Positions 11,644-21,700 of a DNA stretch of 64,000 bases are shown here, piece by piece. Numbering within the stretch: position 1 is the first letter of the stretch; every line of letters begins with the position of its first letter. Position numbers and translations under genes: made by a program. Location of the stretch: sequence record SRR20825019_473. One strand, written 5' to 3'. The notes beneath the pieces are model-generated. The model had not been told where the DNA came from. It ran no database searches and saw only the letters and a list, made by a program, of their open reading frames with translations.

Positions 11644-11849
11644 ATAGAGCATCGCTCAGGAATACTTTTGACTTCAATTTTTCTCAATGTAAGCAGGTTG
11701 AATTTACATTTGACCGCATTCCTACGTCAATTTTGTATTCATTTTGAAGCCTGAATTTTCAAAATGAAAAGAAATGATCTTTTCTGGCATTCTTCATTTT
11801 AATGTTAGTTTATTGCAAATCAGTATTTTATTTGGTTTTCCCGCTTTTG

Positions 11850-11865
11850 TGGCAAGACGTTTGAA
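11850..11865 (+). promoter_or_regulatory. Possible sigma-54 (-24/-12) promoter
   Basis: TGGCAAGACGTTTGAA; spacing matches TGGCACG-N4-TTGCW, with A in place of the -12 C. Confidence 0.4.
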
Positions 11866-11896
11866 CTAGAGGAGGAAACAATTAAATTCAAATGTT

Positions 11897-12481
11897 ATGG
11901 AAAAGAGCAAAATGAGGAACTTGTTGTTAGTCGGGATGATTGCAATGGGTACAGTAGGAACTGGTTCAGTATTCGCAAAAGACAAAGAGACTCCATCCAT
12001 TGAAGGAAATCGATTGGCAAACCGCAAGGAATACAAGGACATGAAAAGTACCTTGAATAGAATCGAAGATGATCAGGCTCGAATTGCCTATCATAAAGAT
12101 CAACTCAAAATCAACAGAGAAAGCGACTTAGTAATTCAAGCGCACATGAGTAAGAAGGAATTGCGTAAGGCAAAAGCAGATCTTCGACGTGATAAGAAGT
12201 ACTTACGGATTGACAAACGCGATCTGAAAAATGATCAAGCAGTAGCTATTGCGGATCAAAAGAAGGAGGAGCGTCATCTTAAAAAAGACTTGAGACATGC
12301 TAAGCGTGAATTAAGAAAAGACACACGTCAGGAGAATGTAGCTGATTTGGAGGCAGACATAGAAAAAGTCGCGTTGATCATCTGGAAACTTGAAAAAGAG
12401 GATAAGGAGACAGCAGCACTTGAGGAAGATGTGGATGAATTCTTCGCTTACCTAGAAACAGAAATTGAAGAAGTAGTCTAA
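11897..12481 (+). CDS. Hypothetical exported, highly charged coiled-coil protein
   Basis: Signal peptide ending VFA; D/K/R-rich repeats such as DLRRDKK, DKRDLKND and DLRHAKRELRKD. Confidence 0.75.
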   Translation: MEKSKMRNLLLVGMIAMGTVGTGSVFAKDKETPSIEGNRLANRKEYKDMKSTLNRIEDDQARIAYHKDQLKINRESDLVIQAHMSKKELRKAKADLRRDKKYLRIDKRDLKNDQAVAIADQKKEERHLKKDLRHAKRELRKDTRQENVADLEADIEKVALIIWKLEKEDKETAALEEDVDEFFAYLETEIEEVV

Positions 12482-12500
12482 TTTGATCAGACTTCATGCT

Positions 12501-12537
12501 AAAGAGGGTGCTCTGATTTTTCAGGCACCCTCTTTTT
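12501..12537. terminator. Bidirectional intrinsic terminator
   Basis: aaagagggtgc...gcaccctcttttt between convergent genes. Confidence 0.8.
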
Positions 12538-12592
12538 AGTGTAGTGGGACTCAATTTACATGATAATGTATCCTTGAATCCTAGGCTAGTAT

Positions 12593-15400
12593 TTATTGAA
12601 GAATTACCTTCCTAACCCATTTTTGATTGTCATCTTTGATGGTAACTACGTAAATCCCTGGTTTTTCATCAGATATATTTATGTCGAATACCTTGCTCGT
12701 AATGCTATTATTTTTTTGAACAACTCGTCCAAGTACATCTGTTACGGTTACGTAAATAGTTCCTGATGTTTCCATATTAATATCCACAGTAAATTCACCG
12801 TGGTTTGGATTTGGATAAATGGATAAATAATCATCACTTAATTGTTCCTCTTCGAAGTTATCACCAATTGTTTCAGCGGATTTAGCGTTATCATGGTAGG
12901 CTTTGAACAGCATAATGTATTCGCTCTGGTTCGCCTTCATGTCGTATTCAAGCTGAATCATTGGACCCCATCCATAAGAAGTATGAATTACGGCAGTTGG
13001 GTTATGTGCCCAGTAGTAATCAATCCTATATTTTTGGGCGTCCATACCCCGAAGTTTAAGAGTACCTTTTTTATCTTTCCAAGAGATGGTTGCTGGATCG
13101 TCATTTGCATTAGCGACTTCAGATTGCTCCCAGTAATAATTACAAGTGTCCTTAATAAAGCACGACGTATCGCCCGTAAGTTCTGCCTGGTTGTAATAGT
13201 TATAGGTTGTGTTGGTGATCATACCAATTGCCTCGTCAGCGTTCCCTTTTCTGAGGTACATTAAATCGCCCTTCTTGTCGCTGCGAACCATATCTGAATT
13301 CCAACTTGAAGAATATTCCCATTGTGACGTGTTAAGCAGTAAATCGCTATTTCCTGGGTGCCATAAATCTTCATCTAGTTTTTTTCCTTGAATGAATGTC
13401 CTCATCTTACTAAAGTTATTATACGCGTTTAGCTGATGAATATCACTCTCCCAATCCAATGCGGCTGATACACCTGAAAATAACATTTTCCATTGACTTC
13501 GGAGCATTTCAATCTGCTTGTCGCACCCTTTACTTTCTGAATTAATCGGTCCTGTTTCACTGTACCAAGCCGGTTTGCCACCGTAGATGTCAAAATAATT
13601 CGGAATGCCATCTGGATTAACAGCCATTGATCTCACTTGTAATCGAGGAAAATTAAATGAAACGGTCTTGTTGATATAATCATAGTTGGCATTATCGTAC
13701 ACATTTCGATCAATGAAATCGACGTCAGGGATGCCGTATGAATCATCAAACTCTCCTGGATCTCCCGCATAGTTCACTTGGTAAAGATGTTTGCTATGCC
13801 CTAAAATGTTGTGCATATAATTGATCATTTCAGTCTGCCATTCTTGAATAGTTTGTTGATTTATTTGATACTTTGGATCTGGAGGACAAGCTCCTCCACC
13901 GTTGTTCGTGGCCACGGATTTGTACTCGCAATTGTTGAGGTATAGCGTTGTATCTGCCCAATTTACTTCATATTCTAGCCCAATTTGATCGATCTCACTG
14001 AATAACTCGAAACTCGCTATATTATTTGAGTATCCCCAACGAGAGATGATATACCTCAACCTTTCCTTATAGAACTTTCTTGCATCCGCATCTTCGAAAA
14101 AATCAATTGGTTTATCAACATTTGGTAATGATTGGTAGCAGTTTCCATATTCGGTTGGATCTGTTAAATCTTCTTCCCAATCCCAGTAATGAATCCAGTA
14201 TAGTTTGGTTGTATAAGGGAAATGAACCTGTAAATTCCATTGAATCAACATGTCACGTTCCTCTGCTTTGTACAGAATTTTATCCATTTCAGACGCGATG
14301 TGTTGTCTGTCGTAGTAGTTTCCGAGTTTTTCAAATTCAATATCATTAGACTGAGGTGCCATAATCATTCTAAAGGTATTGGCTCCTCCATCGGCGAGCG
14401 CATCTATCTGTTCTCTGAATTTTCTGTAGGAGCGAACAGGAGGTGTGTACGGTTTATATTGTTCAATATTAGTTGTTCCTCCCAAGAGTTCTGCCAATTC
14501 AGGGTCATACGGACAGGTAGTTCTAGGCCATTTTAAATTGTTCCCAAGAGGCATAAAACTTTCTCCTCCTCGTTCCAAGAATCGTTTGTTTGTACCGACA
14601 GTTAAAGCTGGTTTAATCGATGATGGAACTACGGTAAACTTGAAAGTGCTTGATGAAGTTATTCCATTTGGCGTTTTAATATGTACTTGTCCAACCCAAT
14701 CTCCAGGGAGTGGTGGCGCAAAGCGAATTCTAAATGGAAAATCAGTTGATTGTTGAGTCCAACTTCCTAGTTGGTCTGGTTCTACATTTGGTGTTCCCGG
14801 AGGTGGCAATGGAAACTCTTCGCTTTGGTAGGGAACATAGTGAAATCCATGGACAGTCTGTAAAAAGCCTGGCTGTACAACTGGATAGAAGTCCGCTTTC
14901 ACCTCAATTTCCCACGACAAATAAGGGTTGATTTTATCACCTAGTTGATCTAGGAGAAAATTGTTTATCGCTGACTGAATATTCGATGGTAATTCAACCC
15001 CTAATTCAAAGCGTGCGTTTTGAACAACATTCTCTATGTTGGGATAGTTCATTACCAAAACATCGAATGGGCTTTGAGGTTCAGGGTCAATGTCCATCAA
15101 AAAACTCCCTGTTCCGAATTGGCTGGTAGAAAATTCACCTGCTCTGAAGCCGGGTTCTATAGTGATACTCTTTCCCGCCCTTGTGTGAATATCGGCATAC
15201 GGATATTGGGAATTCTGATCATATACATAATTAGTATTTTGACCAAAAACAATACACCGTTGATAAAAGAATGGATTTGGGGTGTAAATTTGATTCTGTG
15301 TAACGCCAGACGCTTGAGGCTGGCAGTCAAATACGCTCTGCTGACCGTATAGTGAATTCCAACAAAGGAATCCAAGCAATGCTATAATGAGATTTTTCAT
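12593..15400 (-). CDS. T9SS type A secreted protein with a probable clan GH-A (GH5/DUF5060-like) glycoside hydrolase core
   Basis: Signal peptide; RIRFAPPLPGDW Ig-like segment, NTFRMIM, RYIISRWGYS...FELFSEID, WYSETG; C-terminal IYPNPNHGEF...DVLGR...PGIY CTD. Confidence 0.7.
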   Translation of the reverse strand: MKNLIIALLGFLCWNSLYGQQSVFDCQPQASGVTQNQIYTPNPFFYQRCIVFGQNTNYVYDQNSQYPYADIHTRAGKSITIEPGFRAGEFSTSQFGTGSFLMDIDPEPQSPFDVLVMNYPNIENVVQNARFELGVELPSNIQSAINNFLLDQLGDKINPYLSWEIEVKADFYPVVQPGFLQTVHGFHYVPYQSEEFPLPPPGTPNVEPDQLGSWTQQSTDFPFRIRFAPPLPGDWVGQVHIKTPNGITSSSTFKFTVVPSSIKPALTVGTNKRFLERGGESFMPLGNNLKWPRTTCPYDPELAELLGGTTNIEQYKPYTPPVRSYRKFREQIDALADGGANTFRMIMAPQSNDIEFEKLGNYYDRQHIASEMDKILYKAEERDMLIQWNLQVHFPYTTKLYWIHYWDWEEDLTDPTEYGNCYQSLPNVDKPIDFFEDADARKFYKERLRYIISRWGYSNNIASFELFSEIDQIGLEYEVNWADTTLYLNNCEYKSVATNNGGGACPPDPKYQINQQTIQEWQTEMINYMHNILGHSKHLYQVNYAGDPGEFDDSYGIPDVDFIDRNVYDNANYDYINKTVSFNFPRLQVRSMAVNPDGIPNYFDIYGGKPAWYSETGPINSESKGCDKQIEMLRSQWKMLFSGVSAALDWESDIHQLNAYNNFSKMRTFIQGKKLDEDLWHPGNSDLLLNTSQWEYSSSWNSDMVRSDKKGDLMYLRKGNADEAIGMITNTTYNYYNQAELTGDTSCFIKDTCNYYWEQSEVANANDDPATISWKDKKGTLKLRGMDAQKYRIDYYWAHNPTAVIHTSYGWGPMIQLEYDMKANQSEYIMLFKAYHDNAKSAETIGDNFEEEQLSDDYLSIYPNPNHGEFTVDINMETSGTIYVTVTDVLGRVVQKNNSITSKVFDINISDEKPGIYVVTIKDDNQKWVRKVILQ

Positions 15401-15401
15401 G

Positions 15402-16322
15402 CTAGTCGTTTTGAGTTTGGTTTTCTAAATCGGTAATACGCTTATTTTGCTCGATTATGTATAAGGTCAACTCCTCAATCTTTTCCAATAACTTAGAATC
15501 CATTTTGGCCATGTCAATTCCTTCTTTCACTACATCCTCAGCGCTCGGAACATTTGGCAAGTGTCCATTTTCTGAGATATAGCTTTCCAAACTGTTGATT
15601 GGCATTAACGCATAGTCTTCTTTAAATACGTAATCTGCCCAATCGTTGGTTGTATGTACGGCTACCTTTACTTTTTCAGTCATTATCCCTTCAGCAACAT
15701 AAAGTCGATAGCTTCCATTGTATGTGTTCGGGTTATTTGGATCGAGTCCAATACTTACTTTACCGTTATCGGCTAAAAACATATAGTAGTTTCCAAAATT
15801 ATTGCTCCCCGCAGGTTTCCAAAAGTTCAAACCGGCAGTTAATGCGGTTTCATTGTATTCTATTCCCCATTGACCGAGTGCTTCTCCTCCGGTACCTCCG
15901 AAAAGTGCTGACGCGCTCTGACCATCAATAAGTGCGAAACCTCTTACGTTAAGGTCTACTTTATTGATATTTCCATCTGTAACTACAAGGCGTCTTGTTC
16001 CTAGAAGCGGATCATTAGGTTCTATGCCTATCCCAATATTTCCATTTGGTTTTACAACGAAACTAGAGGAGTAAGAGTTAAATAGACCAGATTTTCGAAT
16101 TTGAAATGCCGAGGTAAGTGGACTTGTTACATTAAGTACAGACGGAGTGGTAATCCGCAAGCCAGAAAAGGTGTTGAGACTATTACCGTTCGCAATAATG
16201 TCTAAGTGCGACTGTGGCGAAGTAGTACTAATACCTGCGTTACCCGTTGATGGAAATGTGTTTTGAGCATTGGAAATTCCGCAAAGACTCAAGATGCAAA
16301 AAAGTGAAAGTGTGTTTTTCAT
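15402..16322 (-). CDS. Exported protein with tail-fibre-like repeats and a C-terminal S74-like chaperone/coiled coil
   Basis: GNAGIST..P, GNIGIG and GKVSIG repeats; WADYVF...ENGHLPNVPSAE...LLEKIEELTLYIIEQ. Confidence 0.75.
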   Translation of the reverse strand: MKNTLSLFCILSLCGISNAQNTFPSTGNAGISTTSPQSHLDIIANGNSLNTFSGLRITTPSVLNVTSPLTSAFQIRKSGLFNSYSSSFVVKPNGNIGIGIEPNDPLLGTRRLVVTDGNINKVDLNVRGFALIDGQSASALFGGTGGEALGQWGIEYNETALTAGLNFWKPAGSNNFGNYYMFLADNGKVSIGLDPNNPNTYNGSYRLYVAEGIMTEKVKVAVHTTNDWADYVFKEDYALMPINSLESYISENGHLPNVPSAEDVVKEGIDMAKMDSKLLEKIEELTLYIIEQNKRITDLENQTQND

Positions 16323-16937
16323 GTGTTTAATTTTAATTGTTTATGTTATTTATTAAGTGTTCGGGATTGATATTCATAGAATTGATAAGCAAGCATTCGT
16401 TTTTTTCCAAAGAGAAAGCTCAATTAATCGTGCTCGAGCGAATGGCTCGTAAATAAATAATCGATTAATTATTCCTTCTAATGAGAATACAGTTTTCTCG
16501 CTGTGTGATTTTTTTAATTGAATAATGGGATTGTCGTTTCATTGTTTTTTTGAATAAAACTAGGGGAAAAGTAAAAATGATAAAATAGGCGTCTTATTTC
16601 TGCCAATTAGGAAGATAGATTCGTCAGACTTGAATGTATATTCGTTCCAGTGTCTCAATTCTAACGATCACTATTTCCGTTAAATATCATTCTGAACATG
16701 CAGATTTTTCTCCTGTACATCGTCATCAGTGTCGGTAGGTTGGAGTGTTTTTTGTACAACGGATTTCGCAGCAATCAACAATTTGTTCAAAGCTAGTGGT
16801 TCCAACTAGAGGTTTCGGTAATCGGGAAAAGTCGGTATATTGGTTGTCTCAATTCAGAGAAGATTCGAAATAACATAAAGCGTTGGTCACTTTGAATCAG
16901 TTCTAAATGTTGTACATATTTTTTTATAGAGCCGAAT

Positions 16938-17330
16938 GTGAAATTTGTATTACTCGTTTTTATGTTACCATTCTGGGCGTTAGCGCAACGCGCCGATACT
17001 ACTTCAATATGTAGTGAGATCGTCGATTTCCCAGATAGAGATGCTGAATTTCCGGGCGGCATGGTTCAGTTGAACAAGTTTGTGATAGAGAATCTGATGC
17101 TCTCAGTAGAGTCGAGAGACTCTGAACCGATAGGGAAGATCTACCTTTCGTTTATCGTAAATTGTGAAGGAAAAGTTTCTAATGTAGAAATTAGCAGAGG
17201 AATCAATGATGAAATAAATGCATCGGCTATAGAATTGATTGAAGCCATGCCAAACTGGATTCCCGCTGAAGATGGCGGGAAATTAGTATGCTCCAAAGTG
17301 AGACTTCCAATGTCTATATGCTACGAGTAG
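16938..17330 (+). CDS. TonB C-terminal domain (energy transducer) protein
   Basis: AEFPGG, GKIYLSFIVNCEGKVSNV, MPNWIPA...V.SKVRLP. Confidence 0.8.
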   Translation: MKFVLLVFMLPFWALAQRADTTSICSEIVDFPDRDAEFPGGMVQLNKFVIENLMLSVESRDSEPIGKIYLSFIVNCEGKVSNVEISRGINDEINASAIELIEAMPNWIPAEDGGKLVCSKVRLPMSICYE

Positions 17331-17336
17331 TTGATG

Positions 17337-17948
17337 CTAATGTGAAATCAATGTAATGTTAAATCCAGTAGAAATCACAAACCCGCTCCAGTCACGGAAG
17401 TAGAGATGAGTATTCGTCGAAGCGTAGTCGAAAGTAACATCCGAATAAAAGTGAATGTCTCTTGAGAGTTTCTTTAAGTAGCCAAGTGAGAATAGGAGTC
17501 CAAGTCGTTCTTTATAGAAGTCTGTCGAGGTTTCTTTTAAGTGATTATATGAAACGCCAAACTTTGTTTGAATAAAAGTACCCTGAGTTATAGGAAATGG
17601 ACAGGAGATTCCTGCAGCATATTGCCTTTTTGATGCGGTAATTCTCCCGGGGGCTTTAACCGAAGGATATAAAGTGTCAATGGAAAACTTCGATTGAGAA
17701 TATTTGATCCATGGAAGAACAGGTGACGACGATTTACCGAATTCCAACGTGATTGCCCACGCAAAGGAAGATTTGGTTTTGTAAATTTCTTGAAAGTCAG
17801 GATTTCTTGGAAGAAATACACCTGGTTCAAATGCAAGAGCAAAAATAGAATTACTAAGGGTGTCTCTTTGCGCCTTACTCTCTGTACTATATAGAAGTGC
17901 GAACAAAAGAATAGGGAGACTCCAAAAACGGTTGGTGAATGCTAGCAT
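17337..17948 (-). CDS. Hypothetical, probable outer-membrane beta-barrel protein
   Basis: Signal peptide, amphipathic beta-strand pattern, aromatic-rich C-terminal strand. Confidence 0.6.
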   Translation of the reverse strand: MLAFTNRFWSLPILLFALLYSTESKAQRDTLSNSIFALAFEPGVFLPRNPDFQEIYKTKSSFAWAITLEFGKSSSPVLPWIKYSQSKFSIDTLYPSVKAPGRITASKRQYAAGISCPFPITQGTFIQTKFGVSYNHLKETSTDFYKERLGLLFSLGYLKKLSRDIHFYSDVTFDYASTNTHLYFRDWSGFVISTGFNITLISH

Positions 17949-18033
17949 ACTACGTAAGGTAATGAACGGTAATTTGTTTTAGCGAAGATAATCAAAGTTG
18001 AATAGTGAGGATAACGGTAAAACCAAATGTTTA

Positions 18034-18069
18034 TAAAAACAGTAGAGCCGCCCGGGAGGGCAGCTCTAC
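18034..18069 (-). terminator. Intrinsic terminator of the candidate sRNA
   Basis: Minus strand GTAGAGCTGCCC-TCCC-GGGCGGCTCTAC-TGTTTTT. Confidence 0.8.
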
Positions 18070-18142
18070 ATAACCTAACCTAACCACTATTCACTGAAAA
18101 AGACCTATAATCTGATAAATATCATTTCTAAATCAATCTTTC
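18034..18142 (-). ncRNA. Candidate small RNA (about 110 nt) with a (GGUUA)3 tract
   Basis: Bounded by a perfect promoter and a strong terminator; the first ATG gives only M-K-D-stop. Confidence 0.6.
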
Positions 18143-18146
18143 ATTA

Positions 18147-18177
18147 CAAAGGTACGCATGCTTTGCTATTTGGCAAA
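18147..18177 (-). promoter_or_regulatory. Consensus Bacteroidota sigma-A promoter
   Basis: Minus strand TTTG-N19-TACCTTTG. Confidence 0.75.
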
Positions 18178-18649
18178 ACCTAAAATCCACCACTCTAGGA
18201 TATTCTAAAGTTCTATGCGCGCATAATGTTAATTGAAACATGTCTAAAATGTGCGTAAATAGTGCGTTAATAGAAGGATTCTGTCGTTTAATAGAAAAAA
18301 AGGCTAATTTATTATTGGAATCCTAAAAAAATGAAAAAGTGCTAATATTCGACAGAATGAAAGAAATATTCGATGAATGGTGTGTCCAAAGGTCATCAAA
18401 TGTTCGAGTGGGTTATGATTAAAATGAACCTACGGGGGTTGGTGTTACACGTTTTGACTTTTTTCTTCCAAATTTGACAGATTTCATTTTGCACAAAAAT
18501 GTCACATTTTGCACATTATGCGGAAAGTACTATATCTACCATGGTAAGGACTAAGAATGATTGAGTTTCTATTTAAGCGTTTGTAACCAATCATAATTAC
18601 TGTACTTATAGCTCCTCATTAAGAAGTTATTATGAGAAAGTTAACAGAA

Positions 18650-18685
18650 CAAAAACGGGGCGAATTCTTAATGAATCCGCCCCGT
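18650..18685 (-). terminator. Terminator of the RND efflux operon
   Basis: acggggcg...cgccccgt stem with a U tail on the minus strand, about 20 nt after the stop. Confidence 0.8.
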
Positions 18686-18705
18686 AACTTGTTTTAACTA
18701 TTAAA

Positions 18706-21700
18706 CTAAATATTGCTTTTAAATTCCCAATTAAAGATTCGATAAATCCAGATTTTCAACTTGTGCATTAACAAGTAAAGAGCAGGGATAATTACCAAAG
18801 TCAAGAAGGTTGCAAACGTTAAACCATATATAATTGCCCACGACATAGGAGCAAAGAACATGTTGTTGTCGCCTCCGAAGTAAATTTTTGGATCATACGT
18901 CGTAAGGAAACTAAAGAAATCTATATTGAACCCGATCGCAAGTGGAATCAATCCCAAAATGGTAGTGATTGCCGTCAATAATACAGGTCTGAGACGTGTT
19001 TTACCTGCCTCTATAGCTGCACTTACAATTTCCTCGTAAGGAAGCACTTCATCTTCTTCAAGTTTCAACTCCTCACGTCTATTCTTACGAAGTAAATTAG
19101 TGTAGTCAATCAAGACGATCGCATTGTTTACAACAACACCCGCTAGAGAGATGATTCCAATCATGGTCATCATAATCACGAAGTTTTGTCGTGAAATAAC
19201 CAATCCAAGCAATACACCGATAAGCGAGAGAAGCACCGTAAGCATAATTACCGAAGGCATGGAGTAAGAGTTGAACTGAGCCACAATAATCAACAAAATT
19301 AAGAAGACAGCAATTAAAAGAGCTTTACTCAAGAACGCCATTTCTTTGGCCTGCTCTTCTTGCTGACCTGTAAATGAATACGTCATTCCATCTTTCATTC
19401 GTTCCGCCTTTTCAAATGCCGCCATTTTTACCTTCAATGAATCAACCACTTGGTTGGCGTTTTCTCCCTCTGTAACATTTGAAGTAACAGTTACCAAAGG
19501 AACTTGATCCTTACGAACTACCGCTGTGTATGAACTTACTTCCTTCGGATCATGAACAACAGAGCGAACAGGAATGTTCATCATTTTACCCATGTTGTTT
19601 CTGAAAATCAAACGTTGGTCTAACAATGCGTCCAAACTCTCTCTGTTTTCTTTGTTGAACTTGACAACGATATCGTAGGATTCATCATCCTTCGTATACG
19701 TTGAAATGTCTTCCCCAAGCAACGCTTTTCTAATTGCCATACCTACTTGGTAAGTAGATGCATTTAGCTTTCTAACTTGGTCTCGATCTACTGAAATTGG
19801 AATTTCAGGTCTGTTTGCTTCAACGTTCAGTTTCAATTTCTCTACTCCTTTCACATTGCAGCTATCGAGGTACGTTTTGATTTTTGTTGCTTGAACGATC
19901 AAGTCACGGTAATCACCCCTTCCAGTAACATCTAAGTTGATTGGAGCACCTTGAGGAGGTCCATTGGACTCTTTGTCCACTGTGATTTCAATGTCCGCAG
20001 TAAAGTCGTCTTTCAATCCTTCCTGAATCTTCTTCAGAATTTCCGATGTCATCACTCCATTTCTGTACTGGAACTCAACGAAATTCACCGTGATTCTTGC
20101 TTTGTGCGGTGTATTACCCATCGCTACTCCAGCTCCAGGATCACTCGTTCCTTCACCTACTTGAGAAATAATCGAACGAATTAATCGAAGATCTTCTGAA
20201 ACACCCGATTTTTTGTCCTTATCCATATATGGCTTAAGAAGCTGATTCAACTTCGTTTCTATCTGAAGCGTTGTTTCATTCGTTACAGTAATATCCGTTC
20301 CAATTGGATGCGAAATAAATACATTCACATAGTTCGGTTCGTTCTCAGGGAAGAAATCCACCTTTGGAGGGAACACGGCCATCAGAACAAACGAAAAGAA
20401 AAGTAGCACAACTGTTCCTAAGAAGAACACCATTGGTCGTTTTCCACCAAGAGCGTACGTTAAGAAACGCTCGTATTTCGCTTCCATTTTTGGAAGGAAT
20501 CCTTCTTGGAAACGCACAGAACCAGGATAGAGTACAAACAAGTTTAATACACTTAGAATTCCCGCAATAATTAGGAAGTTTCCAAATCCAAGAGCGCCCA
20601 TAAGAACGAAAATGATTCCAATTCCCGTGAAAATGGCAGAATTTCTAAGTATTTTCTTGCGATTCGGCTTCTTAGAAGTAACTCTCATGTATGCCACTGC
20701 CAATACAGGGTTGATCACCAAGGCAACGAACAATGAAGAACCAAGTACTATTATAAGTGTAATTGGAAGGTATTTCATGAATTCTCCCATGATCCCTGGC
20801 CACAATGCAAGTGGAACGAATGCAGCCAACGTTGTCGCTGTAGAAGCGATAATTGGTTTTGCAATTTCACCAACGGCCTCAATAACGGCTTGCGTAGGTT
20901 TTTTTCCTTCCGACATGTGTCGATATATGTTTTCAACGGTTACAATTCCGTTATCAACAAGCATTCCTAGGGCAAGTACAAGTGAGAACAATACCATTAC
21001 GTTCATGGTAACTCCCATCGTGTTTAGGATAAAAAACGACATGAGCATGGAAAGCGGAATCGCCACCCCAACAAACATCGCATTTCTGAGTCCTAGGAAG
21101 AAGAGTAATACTCCAACCACGAGGATAATTCCGAAGATGATTGAGTTAAGCAAGTTGGAAACCATGTCGCGCGTGTTGTTCGACTGATCACTCGTTCTTG
21201 AAACACTCACACTTGGAGGAATCGTACCGTCTACTTTCGCTTGTTCAAGAATTTCGGTGATTTTGTCAGAAGCATCCAATAAGTTTTCACCACCTTGTTT
21301 CTTAACATCGAGCATAACAACAGGGTCGCCAAACTCGCGTGCATAAGATGTTGTATCTCCATTGCCAAATTCTACTTTCGCAACGTCATCTAATTTTACA
21401 GGAAGGAAATCATCTTGTTTTACAATAAGTTGACTTAGTTCTTTTGCGTCTCTAAATTCACCTTCAATTCGAATTGTTTTTCGAATTCCATCCATGAGAA
21501 CTTCACCACCAGGAATTGTTTGGTGTTCCGCGTTTACTGCGCTTTGAATATCCTCAATAGTTACATTTACTGATTGCGCACGGATAGGATCGACTTCTAT
21601 TCGCATTTCCTGTGTCTGAACACCGCGAATATCAACTTCACTAATCTCTCTTAAATCTTCAATGCGATCTTCCAGTTTTTCCGCTATTTCTTTCAAAAGC

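Noticed and set aside
15402-16322. Prophage tail-fibre gene
   Set aside because: It has a signal peptide and there are no phage genes nearby; this domain type is common in Bacteroidota chromosomes
16651-16855. 11-nt direct repeat TGTCTCAATTC at 16651 and 16845
   Set aside because: Two copies about 194 nt apart with no transposase or inverted ends between them; cannot be distinguished from chance or promoter duplication
17954-17980. Similarity between the promoter-proximal sequence here and 29952-29980 (taag.ta...gaa.ggt..tttgttt)
   Set aside because: Spacing differs by 2 nt and the match is short and AT-rich; insufficient to claim a shared regulon
18071-18085. (TAACC)3 as a telomere-like, CRISPR or G-quadruplex repeat
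   Set aside because: Only three 5-mers, no spacers and no cas genes; better explained as part of the candidate sRNA
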